Source: a virus
Lineage: Duplodnaviria > Caudoviricetes
Reading direction: 5' to 3' (one strand)
Length of the DNA: 64,000 bases
IMG/VR virus record: IMGVR_UViG_3300045741_000104
Span: 2,039-66,038 of that record
The number at the start of each line of letters is the position of its first letter. Position 1 is the stretch's first letter. The translations under genes and the position numbers were made by a program. Shown one piece after another: positions 25,227 through 35,707 of the stretch. The notes beneath the pieces are model-generated. The model worked only from the letters and a program-made list of their open reading frames with translations. It was not told the origin of the DNA and made no database searches.

Positions 25227-25718
25227 ATGAAAGAACTAACCGCCGAATATCTGCGCTCTATACTGGATTACAATCCAGATACAGGCCAGTTTACTTGGGC
25301 TTGCGCCCGTAGAGGGGTGCGCGCCGGGTCAGTTGCTGGAAGTAAGGATAGCGGCGGGTATGTCGTTATTAGAGTAGATCACGAAATATACAAGGCTCAC
25401 AGGCTCACATGGCTCTGGATGACTGGCCAGTGGCCTGTCGCCGAGATGGATCACATCAACGGGGCTAGAGACGACAATCGCTGGGTTAATCTGAGAGAGG
25501 CGACTTTCGCGGAGAACCAGAGGAATAAAGGGCGACGCAGAGACAACACTTCCGGCTTCAAGGGCGCACACTGGTGCGCTCAAACCCAGAAATGGCGCGC
25601 CAGAATTGTAACGGACGGCAAAACAGTTGATTTGGGGCGGTGGGATGATCCTGAGTTGGCCGGGTTCGTCTATGGCGAGCATGCGGATACTCTCCACGGC
25701 AACTTTGCGAGGGCGTGA
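25227..25718 (+). CDS. Free-standing HNH homing endonuclease with an AP2-like C-terminus
   Basis: YNPDTGQFTW, AHRLTW, DHINGARDDNRWVNLR and NTSGFKG. Confidence 0.92.
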   Translation: MKELTAEYLRSILDYNPDTGQFTWACARRGVRAGSVAGSKDSGGYVVIRVDHEIYKAHRLTWLWMTGQWPVAEMDHINGARDDNRWVNLREATFAENQRNKGRRRDNTSGFKGAHWCAQTQKWRARIVTDGKTVDLGRWDDPELAGFVYGEHADTLHGNFARA

Positions 25719-26794
25719 TGGCCAATTACCAGCAGTTCGAGCAGAACTACCCGACCCTTAACAAGTTTATCGGCGCGGCCCGCGAGGCTGCGTCGGTCAT
25801 CCCCGGCGCGGGTTATCTGACCCCGCAGGGCCAGCAGTATGACGACGCGCGCACTCGGTTCCAGCAGCAGAGCCCCAACGCGGCGATGGCCGGCAAACTC
25901 GCCGGCTACGGCGTCGATGCAGGACTTGCGACGGGTATCGGTGGCTTGGGGCTGGGTGCGCTTGGGCGCGCGGCGACGCGTGCGGCTATGCCAGAGGCGC
26001 TTGAGAGCGCCGCCGCAAGTGGGTCGAATTTCGCCCCGCAGCTTGTGCAGTCTATGGCTGCAAACGCCCCCCGCTTTATCTCGCCGTCTCCTGGCAATAT
26101 CGCCGCCGGCGCACAGCAGGCTCGGAGCCTGTTTGCCGCCGCTCCGACAGTGCCCGCTGCTGTCGCTGGTTTGGGGATTGGCGCAGGTGGGGCGATGCTG
26201 GCCAACCGTGGGCCGAACATGGCTGCGCAGCAGGAAGCCGCCGCCAAGCCGGTCAACGAGATGAACAGTCAGGTCTGGGCGGCGCGGCCGAACGACACGC
26301 CGGACGAGCACACCCAGCGTCTGCGCCTGATCAACTTCATGAACAACGGGCGCGGCCCGAGCGTCGCGCCGCAGAACATCGCGGCTGCGCCGGCGCAGCC
26401 CGGCACGGCTGCACAGCAGATGCAGGACCAGAACCTTGCGTCACTCGTTCAGCGTCGCCGGCAGCAGGCCGAGTTGCAGCGGCAGCGCAACATCCCCTTG
26501 TTCCCCGGCCATCGGCCCGATCTGGACCTTGGCACGAACTTGGAGATCGCGAAGCTGTCGCCCAAGCCGCACTATCAGTCGGCAAGCGACGAGGCGGCGC
26601 GCGCGGCGATGGCTTTCGACAAGGCCAACCTTGCCAAACTTCAGGCGTCCGGCGCGTCGGAACAGGTGCTCGGGGATTACATCCAGCAGATGCAGAAGCG
26701 CCTCATGGCGCTTGGCACGCGTAACAGCAATCCCTACGCCACGGCTGACGCCTATGGCATTACACCGCCCGATACCGACTATGGACATCCGTAA
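25715..26794 (+). CDS. Putative internal virion or ejection protein
   Basis: Ala/Gly/Gln-rich with hydrophobic Gly stretches, coupled to the giant downstream gene. Confidence 0.55.
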   Translation: MMANYQQFEQNYPTLNKFIGAAREAASVIPGAGYLTPQGQQYDDARTRFQQQSPNAAMAGKLAGYGVDAGLATGIGGLGLGALGRAATRAAMPEALESAAASGSNFAPQLVQSMAANAPRFISPSPGNIAAGAQQARSLFAAAPTVPAAVAGLGIGAGGAMLANRGPNMAAQQEAAAKPVNEMNSQVWAARPNDTPDEHTQRLRLINFMNNGRGPSVAPQNIAAAPAQPGTAAQQMQDQNLASLVQRRRQQAELQRQRNIPLFPGHRPDLDLGTNLEIAKLSPKPHYQSASDEAARAAMAFDKANLAKLQASGASEQVLGDYIQQMQKRLMALGTRNSNPYATADAYGITPPDTDYGHP

Positions 26795-29700
26795 TGCCCT
26801 TTTACGATCAGAACGGACAGCAGGTCGCCTACGATCCTAGCGGCTACGGCGGCAATGACACGGCTGATCTTCTGCCGGCTGGGTTCGACAGCTTGCCGAC
26901 GCTTGGTGGGGCGGTTCAACAGAGACAGAATAAGGGCTTGCTGGGCCCGGCGCTCAAGAAGGGCATGTATAATATTGGCGGCGCGCTCGGTGCGGGCCTT
27001 GGCGCGGTCGGCGGCGCTATCGGCAACGACGCGATCCGCGACTATGGCATCGGCATCTCCGACCGGATGAACGCGGCCGGCGACGCCGCTGGGCGTCCTG
27101 AGCTGGATGTCATGCCGTGGAGCCCCGAGTGGGGCAAGCAGGGCCAGACGATGGCCGACCTCCCGGCATGGGCGGCCTATCAGGTCGGGCAGCAAATTCC
27201 GCAGGGCGCGCTGGCCATCGCCGGCGGCGGGCTGATCGGCGGCGCGATGAAGGCTGCGGAGATCGCGGCCCCCGGCGCGGAGTTGGCCGCGGAACTGCCG
27301 GCGTGGCTGGGCGGCGGCGGGCTTAAAGCGGGCATGGCTGCTACGGAAGCGGCTGAGGCGCGCAAGGTGGGCGCGGACCTTGCCCAGAACGTCGCCGGCG
27401 CAACGATTGGCGGCATCCCGCAGGCGGCTGGCTCCATGTATCAGGGCGAAGTGGACCGCTCTCGTCAGCCGGGACAGGACCCGAACCTGTCGCAGGGCGC
27501 TGCGATGCAGGCCCTTGGCCTCTCGCCGATCTACTCGTTCCTCGACGCCACCGGCCCCTCCGAGGGCTGGAGCGTTCTCAAGCGCGGTCTGGCCGGCAAT
27601 CTCGGTCGCCGCATGGCGACCCGCGCGCTCTCCGAGGGCGTGCAGGAGACGGTGCAGGAAGGTCTTCAGACCGGCATGGAGATGGCCTTCAGGCCCGACC
27701 TGTCGCCGGCCGACAAGGCCCAGAACATCATCGACAGCGCACTGGTCGGCGGTCTTGTTGGCGGCGTTATGGGCGGCGCGAGCGGCATCCGCCGGCTGAA
27801 GACGGCTGATCCGACGCAGGTGTCGGACAGCGATCTGGCTGCCGCTGCTGACGAAGATTTGCAGACCCCCGGCACACCGCTGCCGCCGGATCAGCAGGCT
27901 CCCATGCCGCTTTCGGCGAAACAGCTCAATAATCAGTGGGATCAGATCAAGAAGCAGGGAGAGCCGCCGGCGGAATTTATCGAGACGCTTGCCGATGCGC
28001 TCGGCGCGGCTCCCAAACTTGGCCCCTTTCAAGCGTCGGCGAAGAACCTTGCCGCCAGCTATGGGCTGCTCCAAGGCGGGAAGAACAGCCGCAAGGTCGT
28101 CACACCGGAACAGGCGCTCGATGCGCTCTACGCCGAGCAGAAGCAGCTTCAGGATGAGCACGATCAGCGGCAGGCGCTGGCGTCGGGGGCGTTCGGCCCG
28201 GCGGTCACCATCCCGTCGAACGACCGCTTGAATGAGCTGCCCCAGCGCATTCAGGTGATGGAAGGCATTGTCGCCAAACGCAAGGGCGCGGCTGCTCCGC
28301 AGGAGGCTGCGCCTGCGGCTGCCCCGCAGGAGGCTGCCCCGCAGGAGGTTGCGCCTGCGCCGGCTCCCATGACCTCGATGGCTCCTGCTCCGCAGGCTGC
28401 GCCCGCGCCGGTCGCGGACATGCCGCCTGTCGATGAGACGCCATTTACGCCTGAGTTCAAGGCTGCCGAAGGTCCAAGGGTCGAGCCGCCGCTGACCGCG
28501 CATCCCGCTGACATCTCCGATGCCGCGCTTCAGGCTCTGCTGCCGATGTCCGGCAAGCAGCTCGGCGGGCTGATGAAGGGCAAGAACGAGATCAGGGTTG
28601 GTGATCTGTCGCTCACCAAGTCCGCAGGCAAGGTGCAGGCGGCGATCACGACGCCTGATGGCGAAAAGTCGCTCGGTGAGTTCAGTAGCGTCGGCCAGTT
28701 TATGGAGGCTGTGAGGAAGTTAGTCCCAGAGGAGCGGATCAACTATCTGTCGTCGTCCGACACGCCGCTCATTCAACCGGAGAACCCCCGTGCCGTTTCA
28801 AAGCCAAGCGCAGAGACGCCTGTTCTGGGCGAAGATGCCCAAACTGGCGGCGAGATGGGAGCAACACACGCCGAAGGGGATGGTGCTGCCGCAGCATCTG
28901 CGACCCGCCCCCTCAGGCAAGAAAGCGCCCGCACCTCAAAGAAAAAGCAACAAGCCGACCTAGCGGCGTCGCTGGCGGCGAAGACTGCGCCGCAGGCTGA
29001 AGGGCGTTGGCATGGCACGGGCGAGCCGATAAAGAACCTCAGTGACGCTGTCGCGCTTAGCGGGCAGCACAATAAAAACATTTACGGCGAGGGGTTCTAC
29101 ACGACGAACTCGCCAGAGGCGGCGCACGGCTACACGAAAAAAGGCGGGTCCAACCCGACACTTTATTCGGTGCAGGAGAAGCCGACGAAGCTATACGACA
29201 TGGAGGCTCCTCTCGACCCTCGCACCCATGAGATGGTGGCGCAGGTGCTCGGGGACGCCATGCCGGAAGGCGATCACGCCAATCTGCGAGAGCTGCTCGA
29301 CGACTTCAGAGATCAGAGCGCCAGCAACCGCATCTCGCGTGACGAGGTTCAGGAAGCGTTCGACGCCATCCGGCAGAACCTTGAGGCGCAGGGCTATCGT
29401 GGCTACGAGCACACGGGCGGGCTGCGCACCAACACCGCACCGCATAATGTTCGGATTTACTGGCATCCCGAACAGGATGTCTCGATCTCCGACGCCAATA
29501 AGCCGCAGGCGGCTCCGAAGAAGGAACTGCAACAGGACAAGGCGCGGGCGTCCCGCAAGCCGAAGGTCGTGCGTGAAGCGCGCGCAGTCGAGAAGACGGC
29601 CGAGGGGTTCAACCTTGACGCGCTCAAGATGAGCTGGCCGAAAGAGACGCTTGATGTCGCGGAAGCGATGGTGAAGGGTGAAATGTCGCCGGATCAGGCG

Positions 29701-32700
29701 CTGGCCACGGTCGCTGAGAGGGCTAAAGGCTGGAAGTCAGGCGGCTCAGAGGCTGTTGCCCGGTTCAAAAATCTAGCCGAGCGATACAAGATTGCCGCTG
29801 CCGAACAGGTGGCCAGCCAGCCCAAGCCGCTGACAGCGAAGGAACGTAAGGCGACATCGGCGCTTCATGACCGCATCAACAAGGGGCACAACGGCCCGAA
29901 CGGCATAACAGCGGAGAACGCGTTCCATAATCTCGTGTTCAGCGATCAGTCGCCCAAGACACAGGCGCATGTTGCGACGGTCATGCGCGAGCAGCATGGC
30001 GTCGAGTTGACCGATGCCGAGGTGCAGCAAGCTGCGGATAGTCTGCCGGGCAACGTCAAGCCGTCTGTAATCCCAACCCCACCGCCGCCGAAGCCGATGC
30101 GCAAGGCGACCGAGCGGACGCGTGCCGAGATTGCCGCAGATTGGGCTCCTTACACAGCGGGACTGGCTGCGCGGGATCGGGCGAGACGGGAGCGGGATCG
30201 CGCCGGCAACACCGGCAATGCGGTCGCGAATGAGCGGCGTGCGAAGGTCGAGAAGATCATCGATGTGCTGGAGAACGGCGGCAGGATCAGCAAAGCGCCG
30301 GCCGACAGCTCTGGCGCGAAGTTCTATGACCATAACGGCTACAAGCTGCCGATCATGCGGACCCTGTCGATCAAGGACCTACACGACCATCTGATGCGCA
30401 TGACGAGCGGGCATAAGACGCTGCGCGCGCTGTCGCCGCTGCTTGCCCGTGTGGGACACTTGCCGGTCCTCATTGCGCCGAGGGAGGACATCCTCGCCGC
30501 GACAGGCGGCGGCGCGGCTTTCATCGGCGCGAAAGATACCGTGATCATGCCGAATGTTGGCGAGATCGAGCCTGAGTTGTATGTCAGGACCTACGCGCAC
30601 GAGCTGGTTCACGCCGCCATGCAGCACCGGTTGGAGCGCGATAACGTCGCGCGGTCGCAGCTCACGCTGATTGCGAAAGAGGTGCAGGCAGCGTTTGGGC
30701 TCGATCCAGACCTCTATGCCTTCAAGGACGCCCACGAGTTCCTGTCGGAAATAATGAGCCGTCCTGACCTTCAGGAGCTGTTGGACAGCAAGCCGATGTC
30801 GGACAAGCTGGCCAAGGCTGTCGGGCTGGAAAAGGGCATTTCTTTCCTCAAGGGCATCTTCCAGAAGATCGGCGAGTGGCTCGGCTACAAGGGGTCGCCG
30901 ACCCTTCTCGACGGCGTGCTGCGTGTCGCCGAGCGTCTGGAGACGAAGGAAAAGGCGGCGAACATCGACTTCCTTCAGATGCTGCATAGTGAGTTGGGCG
31001 GGCGCTACGCTGGCAACGACGATCACATGCTGGCGGATCGGGCCAATGCTGAGGCGAACAAGCAGGCGATGGCGACGACGACCCGGCTGATGGTCGCGGG
31101 GGTGGACAACACCGCCGCGCGCTTCAACCGCGAGATCGACCAGTCGATGCAGAAGCTGTCCGACAAGGCTGATCTGGGCGTAAAGGCGCGTGCGATGGAG
31201 CTGTATTGGTCCTCGTTTGGCCACATCCTTCAGCGGTTTGGTAAGCTGTTCAAGCCGATTTCAGAGGCGCTGGGCAACCCCATCGAAGCCTACGGCAACC
31301 ACATGCTCCAGCGCGCCGGCCTCACGGCGCGTATGTCGCAGCTCTATCGCAACGCCAATGATCAGCTCAAGGGGCTGATACAGAAGGACAAAAACGCCGG
31401 CAAGTATATGACCGACCTGATGCAGGGCGCGACCGAGTTCGGTCTGCGGCCGGACAAGGCGCTCACCGATCAGAGTGAGAAGGTCAAGGAGTATATGGCG
31501 AAAAACGATGCCAATCGCAACAAGATGACCAGCGTCTACAATGTCATCAAGGACAGCTATGAAAGGCTACGCCGTATCGAAGGGGTCAGTAAAGGACAGC
31601 CGGGCGTCTACGAGAAGTATCGCGCCATCAACGACATGCTGCTGCACTCCTACAATGCGGTGCAGCTCTACAACGCGCTGCGTCTCGACAGCTATTTCGT
31701 CGATACCGCGCCGCATCTGTCAGGTCGTCCGTCGCTGGCTGAGGCCATACGCGACCCGGTCGAGCAGTTCCTCAAGCAGGCCGATCTGCACGAGGACCCG
31801 ATCAAGGCGGCGAAATACTGGCGCGAGACGGTCGAGAAGCGCGTTCAGCAGGTCGAGGCTTACGCCGCCGCCGTGCGCGGGGTCGTGCGGCCCGACGCGG
31901 ACAAGAAGACGTTCGAAAACAGCTACGGGCCGATTGACGGCTTCGTGCAGCAGGCCAAGCGCGCCATCGAGAGCACTGGCCAGTCGACCTACTTCCACTT
32001 GGGCCGTCACGGCCAATACATCGTCCGGTTCGGGATGCGCCCCGATCCGAGCAACGACAAGGTCGTCGATCCCGACGCCGTGCGGCAAATTTCCCGGCTC
32101 CTGCAAAAGGATTTCCCAAACGTCCGCATTTCGCCCGAGAGCGACAATCCACATGTCATGGCGCGGTTCGAGAGCAAGGGTGAACGCGACCGGTTTCGCG
32201 CGGCGGTCAAGGCGCTTGAGGGCCGGGGCTTGGTGGTGCGCAACTCCACGCAGGTGGCGCAGCGCGACACTGTCGCCGCCGGCGGCGCGAACATGCAGCC
32301 GCTGTGGCTGCAAAAATACATCTCCGCGATCAACGGCACCGAGGGGCTGACGCCCAAGCAGAAGCAGCAGATGGCGGCTGTGGCGAACGCGCTGTGGCTC
32401 GATCAGCTCAACGACACCGCCATTCAGCGCGTGCTGGCCGAGCGCGACTTCGTGCCCGGCTTCAACGCCGACATGCTGCGCAACTTCGCCTTCCGCGCCG
32501 AGGTCGGCATCAACGCGCTGGCCAACCTGTCGATCACCTCCAAGGTGCGCGACGCCTTCTCGGCGATGGACAACCAGCTCAAGAGCGACGAGCACGGCGA
32601 TCCCGCTATCTACGACAAGAAATTCCAAGTCGTGCAGGAGCTGCGGCAGCGTGACGCGGATCGTCCGCTGACGACCGGCCACACATGGCTGGACGACTGG

Positions 32701-34344
32701 CGTGCCTACAATCAGGCGTTCTTCCTTGGCATGTCGCCGGCCTACGTCGCGGTCAACATGACCCAACTTGGCGTGATGCTGCTGCCCGAACTGGCCAAGC
32801 GGCACGGCTTCGTGCAGGCCGCCAAGATCATGGCGAAGGTCACGCCTCAAGCCTTCGACATCATCCGCGAGACGTTCAAGGACGGCAAGAAGCTCGGCTG
32901 GTCGCGCGCCTTCGACGCCATCATCACCGAGAACGTCCTCAAGGCGGCTCTGCCGAAGGCTGAGGACGCCGAGACGCGGGCGTTCCTGACGCGCATGGTC
33001 AACTCGGGCAATATCGATCTGGGATCGCCCATGCGTGAGTTGGGCCGCGCATCCGAAGGCGTTCAGGACAAGAAGCGCGATCAGGTCCTGCGCATGGCTT
33101 CCGCCGCCGGCTATTACTCGGAAACCCTGACCCGCGTCATCGCGGCGCTCGCCGCGCATGAGTTGGACAAGAAGGCGCAGAGCGAGGCAAACGCGAAGGC
33201 GGGGCGGCCGGATGTCACCGATCAGGCTCGGCTCGACCGTTACGCGAGCCAAGTCCTCAACGAGGCGATGCTCAACTACTCGAACTGGTTCACGGCGCGC
33301 GCCACAGGCAAGACCGGCCTCATGGGCCAGTTCACGCCGATCCCGGCGTCCTTCCAGCAATACACCCTTCAGGTGCTCCAGAAGATGCAGCGCGAGCTGC
33401 TGGACGCCTTCTCGGCTAAACAGCCGGATGAGAGCGATGAGGAGCACGCGGATCGCGTCAAGGGCGCTCGCCGGTTCCTGTTGGGCCACGCCACGGTGAT
33501 CGGGGTGCTGGCCGGCTCTCTGGGGATGCCCTTCGCCACCGTCGCCATGCGCGCCGCAGATGCGCTGCGGGACGCTCTGGGGGACGATGACGAGCCCCAC
33601 GACACCAAGACCGACTACCGCAACTTCCTAGCCGACACCTTCGGCGAGGAGTTCGGCGAGGTGCTGGCCCGTGGCCTGCCCCGCGCTTTCGGAGCCGACA
33701 TCTCGGGCCGCGTTGGCGAGCAGGACTTGCTGCCGTTCTCCCGGTTCATCGCCGACCGCCGCAAGATGCAGGATGCGCTCAAGGACCTCGTGGTGCGTTC
33801 GGTGGGCTCTCCGGTCGGCATGGGTCTGGGCATCGCCAACGGCGGCTCCGAGGTGCTGAAGGGCAACTATCTGGACGGGCTCCAGATGATGGTGCCGAAC
33901 TCCATCAAGGGGCTGATGAAGGCCGGTCGTATGGTTGAGGGGGGATATGAGGACGCCAAGGGCGTGCCGCTGCCGATCCAAGCCGATCCTTCCGACATCA
34001 TCTGGCAGGCGCTGGGCTTCAACCCCGCCGACAAGGCCGATTACACCGAAGCCAACATGGCGCGCGCAACGCGCAAGACGGCGCTCCAGCAGTCAGCAAG
34101 TCAGATGCGTGACGATCTGGTCGCAGGGGTCGAGGGTGGCGGGATCGATCAGGCGACACTGGATCGCGCCCGGTCGTTCGGGGAGCGGTATCCGCTTTAT
34201 TCGGTGCTGCCGACGCTCGGCAGTGCGGTCAATCGTCGCAAGCAGCAGGCGGCGATGGCGAAGGCCCAAGGCGTGCCGCTCGGCACCAACCCGGCGGATT
34301 TGGACGAGCAAAATTATCTCCGCTTTGCTAATCTGCGTCGATAG
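26794..34344 (+). CDS. Giant (2516 aa) polyvalent internal virion protein with ART-like, zincin-like and PLxRFG-like regions
   Basis: WHGT...YGEGFYTT...GYRGY (ADP-ribosyltransferase-like); YAHELVHAA plus HEFLSE (HExxH); YFHLGRHG; Gly/Ala membrane-like segments at both ends. Confidence 0.75.
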   Translation: MPFYDQNGQQVAYDPSGYGGNDTADLLPAGFDSLPTLGGAVQQRQNKGLLGPALKKGMYNIGGALGAGLGAVGGAIGNDAIRDYGIGISDRMNAAGDAAGRPELDVMPWSPEWGKQGQTMADLPAWAAYQVGQQIPQGALAIAGGGLIGGAMKAAEIAAPGAELAAELPAWLGGGGLKAGMAATEAAEARKVGADLAQNVAGATIGGIPQAAGSMYQGEVDRSRQPGQDPNLSQGAAMQALGLSPIYSFLDATGPSEGWSVLKRGLAGNLGRRMATRALSEGVQETVQEGLQTGMEMAFRPDLSPADKAQNIIDSALVGGLVGGVMGGASGIRRLKTADPTQVSDSDLAAAADEDLQTPGTPLPPDQQAPMPLSAKQLNNQWDQIKKQGEPPAEFIETLADALGAAPKLGPFQASAKNLAASYGLLQGGKNSRKVVTPEQALDALYAEQKQLQDEHDQRQALASGAFGPAVTIPSNDRLNELPQRIQVMEGIVAKRKGAAAPQEAAPAAAPQEAAPQEVAPAPAPMTSMAPAPQAAPAPVADMPPVDETPFTPEFKAAEGPRVEPPLTAHPADISDAALQALLPMSGKQLGGLMKGKNEIRVGDLSLTKSAGKVQAAITTPDGEKSLGEFSSVGQFMEAVRKLVPEERINYLSSSDTPLIQPENPRAVSKPSAETPVLGEDAQTGGEMGATHAEGDGAAAASATRPLRQESARTSKKKQQADLAASLAAKTAPQAEGRWHGTGEPIKNLSDAVALSGQHNKNIYGEGFYTTNSPEAAHGYTKKGGSNPTLYSVQEKPTKLYDMEAPLDPRTHEMVAQVLGDAMPEGDHANLRELLDDFRDQSASNRISRDEVQEAFDAIRQNLEAQGYRGYEHTGGLRTNTAPHNVRIYWHPEQDVSISDANKPQAAPKKELQQDKARASRKPKVVREARAVEKTAEGFNLDALKMSWPKETLDVAEAMVKGEMSPDQALATVAERAKGWKSGGSEAVARFKNLAERYKIAAAEQVASQPKPLTAKERKATSALHDRINKGHNGPNGITAENAFHNLVFSDQSPKTQAHVATVMREQHGVELTDAEVQQAADSLPGNVKPSVIPTPPPPKPMRKATERTRAEIAADWAPYTAGLAARDRARRERDRAGNTGNAVANERRAKVEKIIDVLENGGRISKAPADSSGAKFYDHNGYKLPIMRTLSIKDLHDHLMRMTSGHKTLRALSPLLARVGHLPVLIAPREDILAATGGGAAFIGAKDTVIMPNVGEIEPELYVRTYAHELVHAAMQHRLERDNVARSQLTLIAKEVQAAFGLDPDLYAFKDAHEFLSEIMSRPDLQELLDSKPMSDKLAKAVGLEKGISFLKGIFQKIGEWLGYKGSPTLLDGVLRVAERLETKEKAANIDFLQMLHSELGGRYAGNDDHMLADRANAEANKQAMATTTRLMVAGVDNTAARFNREIDQSMQKLSDKADLGVKARAMELYWSSFGHILQRFGKLFKPISEALGNPIEAYGNHMLQRAGLTARMSQLYRNANDQLKGLIQKDKNAGKYMTDLMQGATEFGLRPDKALTDQSEKVKEYMAKNDANRNKMTSVYNVIKDSYERLRRIEGVSKGQPGVYEKYRAINDMLLHSYNAVQLYNALRLDSYFVDTAPHLSGRPSLAEAIRDPVEQFLKQADLHEDPIKAAKYWRETVEKRVQQVEAYAAAVRGVVRPDADKKTFENSYGPIDGFVQQAKRAIESTGQSTYFHLGRHGQYIVRFGMRPDPSNDKVVDPDAVRQISRLLQKDFPNVRISPESDNPHVMARFESKGERDRFRAAVKALEGRGLVVRNSTQVAQRDTVAAGGANMQPLWLQKYISAINGTEGLTPKQKQQMAAVANALWLDQLNDTAIQRVLAERDFVPGFNADMLRNFAFRAEVGINALANLSITSKVRDAFSAMDNQLKSDEHGDPAIYDKKFQVVQELRQRDADRPLTTGHTWLDDWRAYNQAFFLGMSPAYVAVNMTQLGVMLLPELAKRHGFVQAAKIMAKVTPQAFDIIRETFKDGKKLGWSRAFDAIITENVLKAALPKAEDAETRAFLTRMVNSGNIDLGSPMRELGRASEGVQDKKRDQVLRMASAAGYYSETLTRVIAALAAHELDKKAQSEANAKAGRPDVTDQARLDRYASQVLNEAMLNYSNWFTARATGKTGLMGQFTPIPASFQQYTLQVLQKMQRELLDAFSAKQPDESDEEHADRVKGARRFLLGHATVIGVLAGSLGMPFATVAMRAADALRDALGDDDEPHDTKTDYRNFLADTFGEEFGEVLARGLPRAFGADISGRVGEQDLLPFSRFIADRRKMQDALKDLVVRSVGSPVGMGLGIANGGSEVLKGNYLDGLQMMVPNSIKGLMKAGRMVEGGYEDAKGVPLPIQADPSDIIWQALGFNPADKADYTEANMARATRKTALQQSASQMRDDLVAGVEGGGIDQATLDRARSFGERYPLYSVLPTLGSAVNRRKQQAAMAKAQGVPLGTNPADLDEQNYLRFANLRR

Positions 34345-34352
34345 AGGGCACC

Positions 34353-34712
34353 ATGACCGCAGGCGTTCACAACATCATCATCGAGCAGGGGTCGGTCTTC
34401 ACGCTGCCCCTCGTTTGGAAGGACGCGCTCGGCGTTCCGATCAGCGTCGCGGGCTATAAGGCTCGGATGCAGATCAGGAAGGCGTTCAAGAGCCCTGACC
34501 CGCCACTCATTTCACTCACAAGTGATGCAGGGGACATCGTGCTCGGCGGCGCGCTCGGCACGATCACGGCGAAGATCATCGCCGAGAATACTGCCGCGCT
34601 GGAGATCAAGCAGGGTGTTTATGATCTCGAACTGGTGCCTCCGTCCGGTGAAGACGACGCGTTCCGGTTCATCGAAGGCGTGGTGATCGTAACTCCAGAG
34701 GTGACGCGATGA
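34353..34712 (+). CDS. Tail or fibre-attachment protein
   Basis: IEQGSVF, ARMQIR, YDLEL and [12 protein letters not shown] pattern typical of genes preceding fibres. Confidence 0.65.
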   Translation: MTAGVHNIIIEQGSVFTLPLVWKDALGVPISVAGYKARMQIRKAFKSPDPPLISLTSDAGDIVLGGALGTITAKIIAENTAALEIKQGVYDLELVPPSGEDDAFRFIEGVVIVTPEVTR

Positions 34713-35707
34713 GCGATGTGATCGTTGTCGTAGAGACGACGCCTGAAATCATCGAAGTCATCACTGCTGGCCCAAAGGGTGCGGATGGCGACGTTACGCC
34801 TGCCGCGCTTGCCGCGAAGCAAGCTGCGGAAGCCGCCGCTGCGGCTGCACTGGTGTCGGAGGGTAACGCCGCCGCGTCGGCGTCAGCCGCGTCTGGAAGC
34901 GCCTCAGCTGCGTCTGGATCGGCGGGAACGGCGACCACGCAGGCCGGGATTGCTACGACCCAAGCAGGCACGGCGACCACGCAGGCGGGGATCGCCACCA
35001 CGAAGGCAGGAGACGCTGCGTCGAGCGCCGCTGCGGCGCTGCTGAGCGAGGGTAACGCCGCGTCGAGTGAAGCGGCGGCGCTATCCTCCAAGAACGCTGC
35101 GGCGCTGTCTGCGGGCAACGCCTCGACCAGCGAGGGCAATGCTGCCGCGTCGGCGTCGGCTGCATCTGGTTCAGCTTCGGCTGCGTCTGGCAGCGCCAGC
35201 ACGGCGACGACCCAAGCGGGCAACGCTTCGACCAGCGCCACTAACGCCCACAACTCCGAAGTGGCTGCGGCTGCGAGTGAGAGTGCTGCGGCAGGATCGG
35301 CGTCCGCTGCAAGCGGCAGCGCCTTGGCGGCGTCTGGATCGGCGTCCGCCGCGAGCGGCTCTGCGTCAGCGGCGTCAACCAGCGCCACGAACGCCCACAA
35401 CTCGGAAGTCGCTGCAGCGGCGAGTGAGAGCGCGGCGGCTGGCTCGGCGGGGACCGCCACTACTCAGGCTGGGATCGCCACTACTCAGGCTGGGATCGCC
35501 ACTACTCAGGCAGGAACTGCGACGACCCAAGCAGGGGTCGCCACCACTCAGGCGGGCAACGCGTCCTCCAGCGCCTCGGCGGCGTCCGGATCGGCGTCAG
35601 CCGCGGCCACTTCAGCATCAAACGCCGCGACCAGCGAGACGAACGCTGCGGTCTATGCGGCGACAACGCTGCAAGCGATGCTGCGGATCGCGAGCCTGCG
35701 TCTATGA
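34709..35707 (+). CDS. Ala/Ser/Thr-rich repetitive tail-fibre shaft protein
   Basis: Repeated ATTQAG(I/T) heptads and SASAASG units; 21-bp tandem DNA repeats near 35455-35550. Confidence 0.7.
   Translation: MSDVIVVVETTPEIIEVITAGPKGADGDVTPAALAAKQAAEAAAAAALVSEGNAAASASAASGSASAASGSAGTATTQAGIATTQAGTATTQAGIATTKAGDAASSAAAALLSEGNAASSEAAALSSKNAAALSAGNASTSEGNAAASASAASGSASAASGSASTATTQAGNASTSATNAHNSEVAAAASESAAAGSASAASGSALAASGSASAASGSASAASTSATNAHNSEVAAAASESAAAGSAGTATTQAGIATTQAGIATTQAGTATTQAGVATTQAGNASSSASAASGSASAAATSASNAATSETNAAVYAATTLQAMLRIASLRL

Noticed and set aside
21554-34344. Assignment as an N4-like phage with a virion RNA polymerase
   Set aside because: The capsid is N4-gp56 family, but the 2516-aa protein shows no RNA polymerase motifs and the early promoters are host sigma70 type.
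34850-35650. Tandem DNA repeats as an independent repeat element
   Set aside because: They are fully explained by in-frame Ala/Ser/Thr heptad repeats of the fibre shaft protein.
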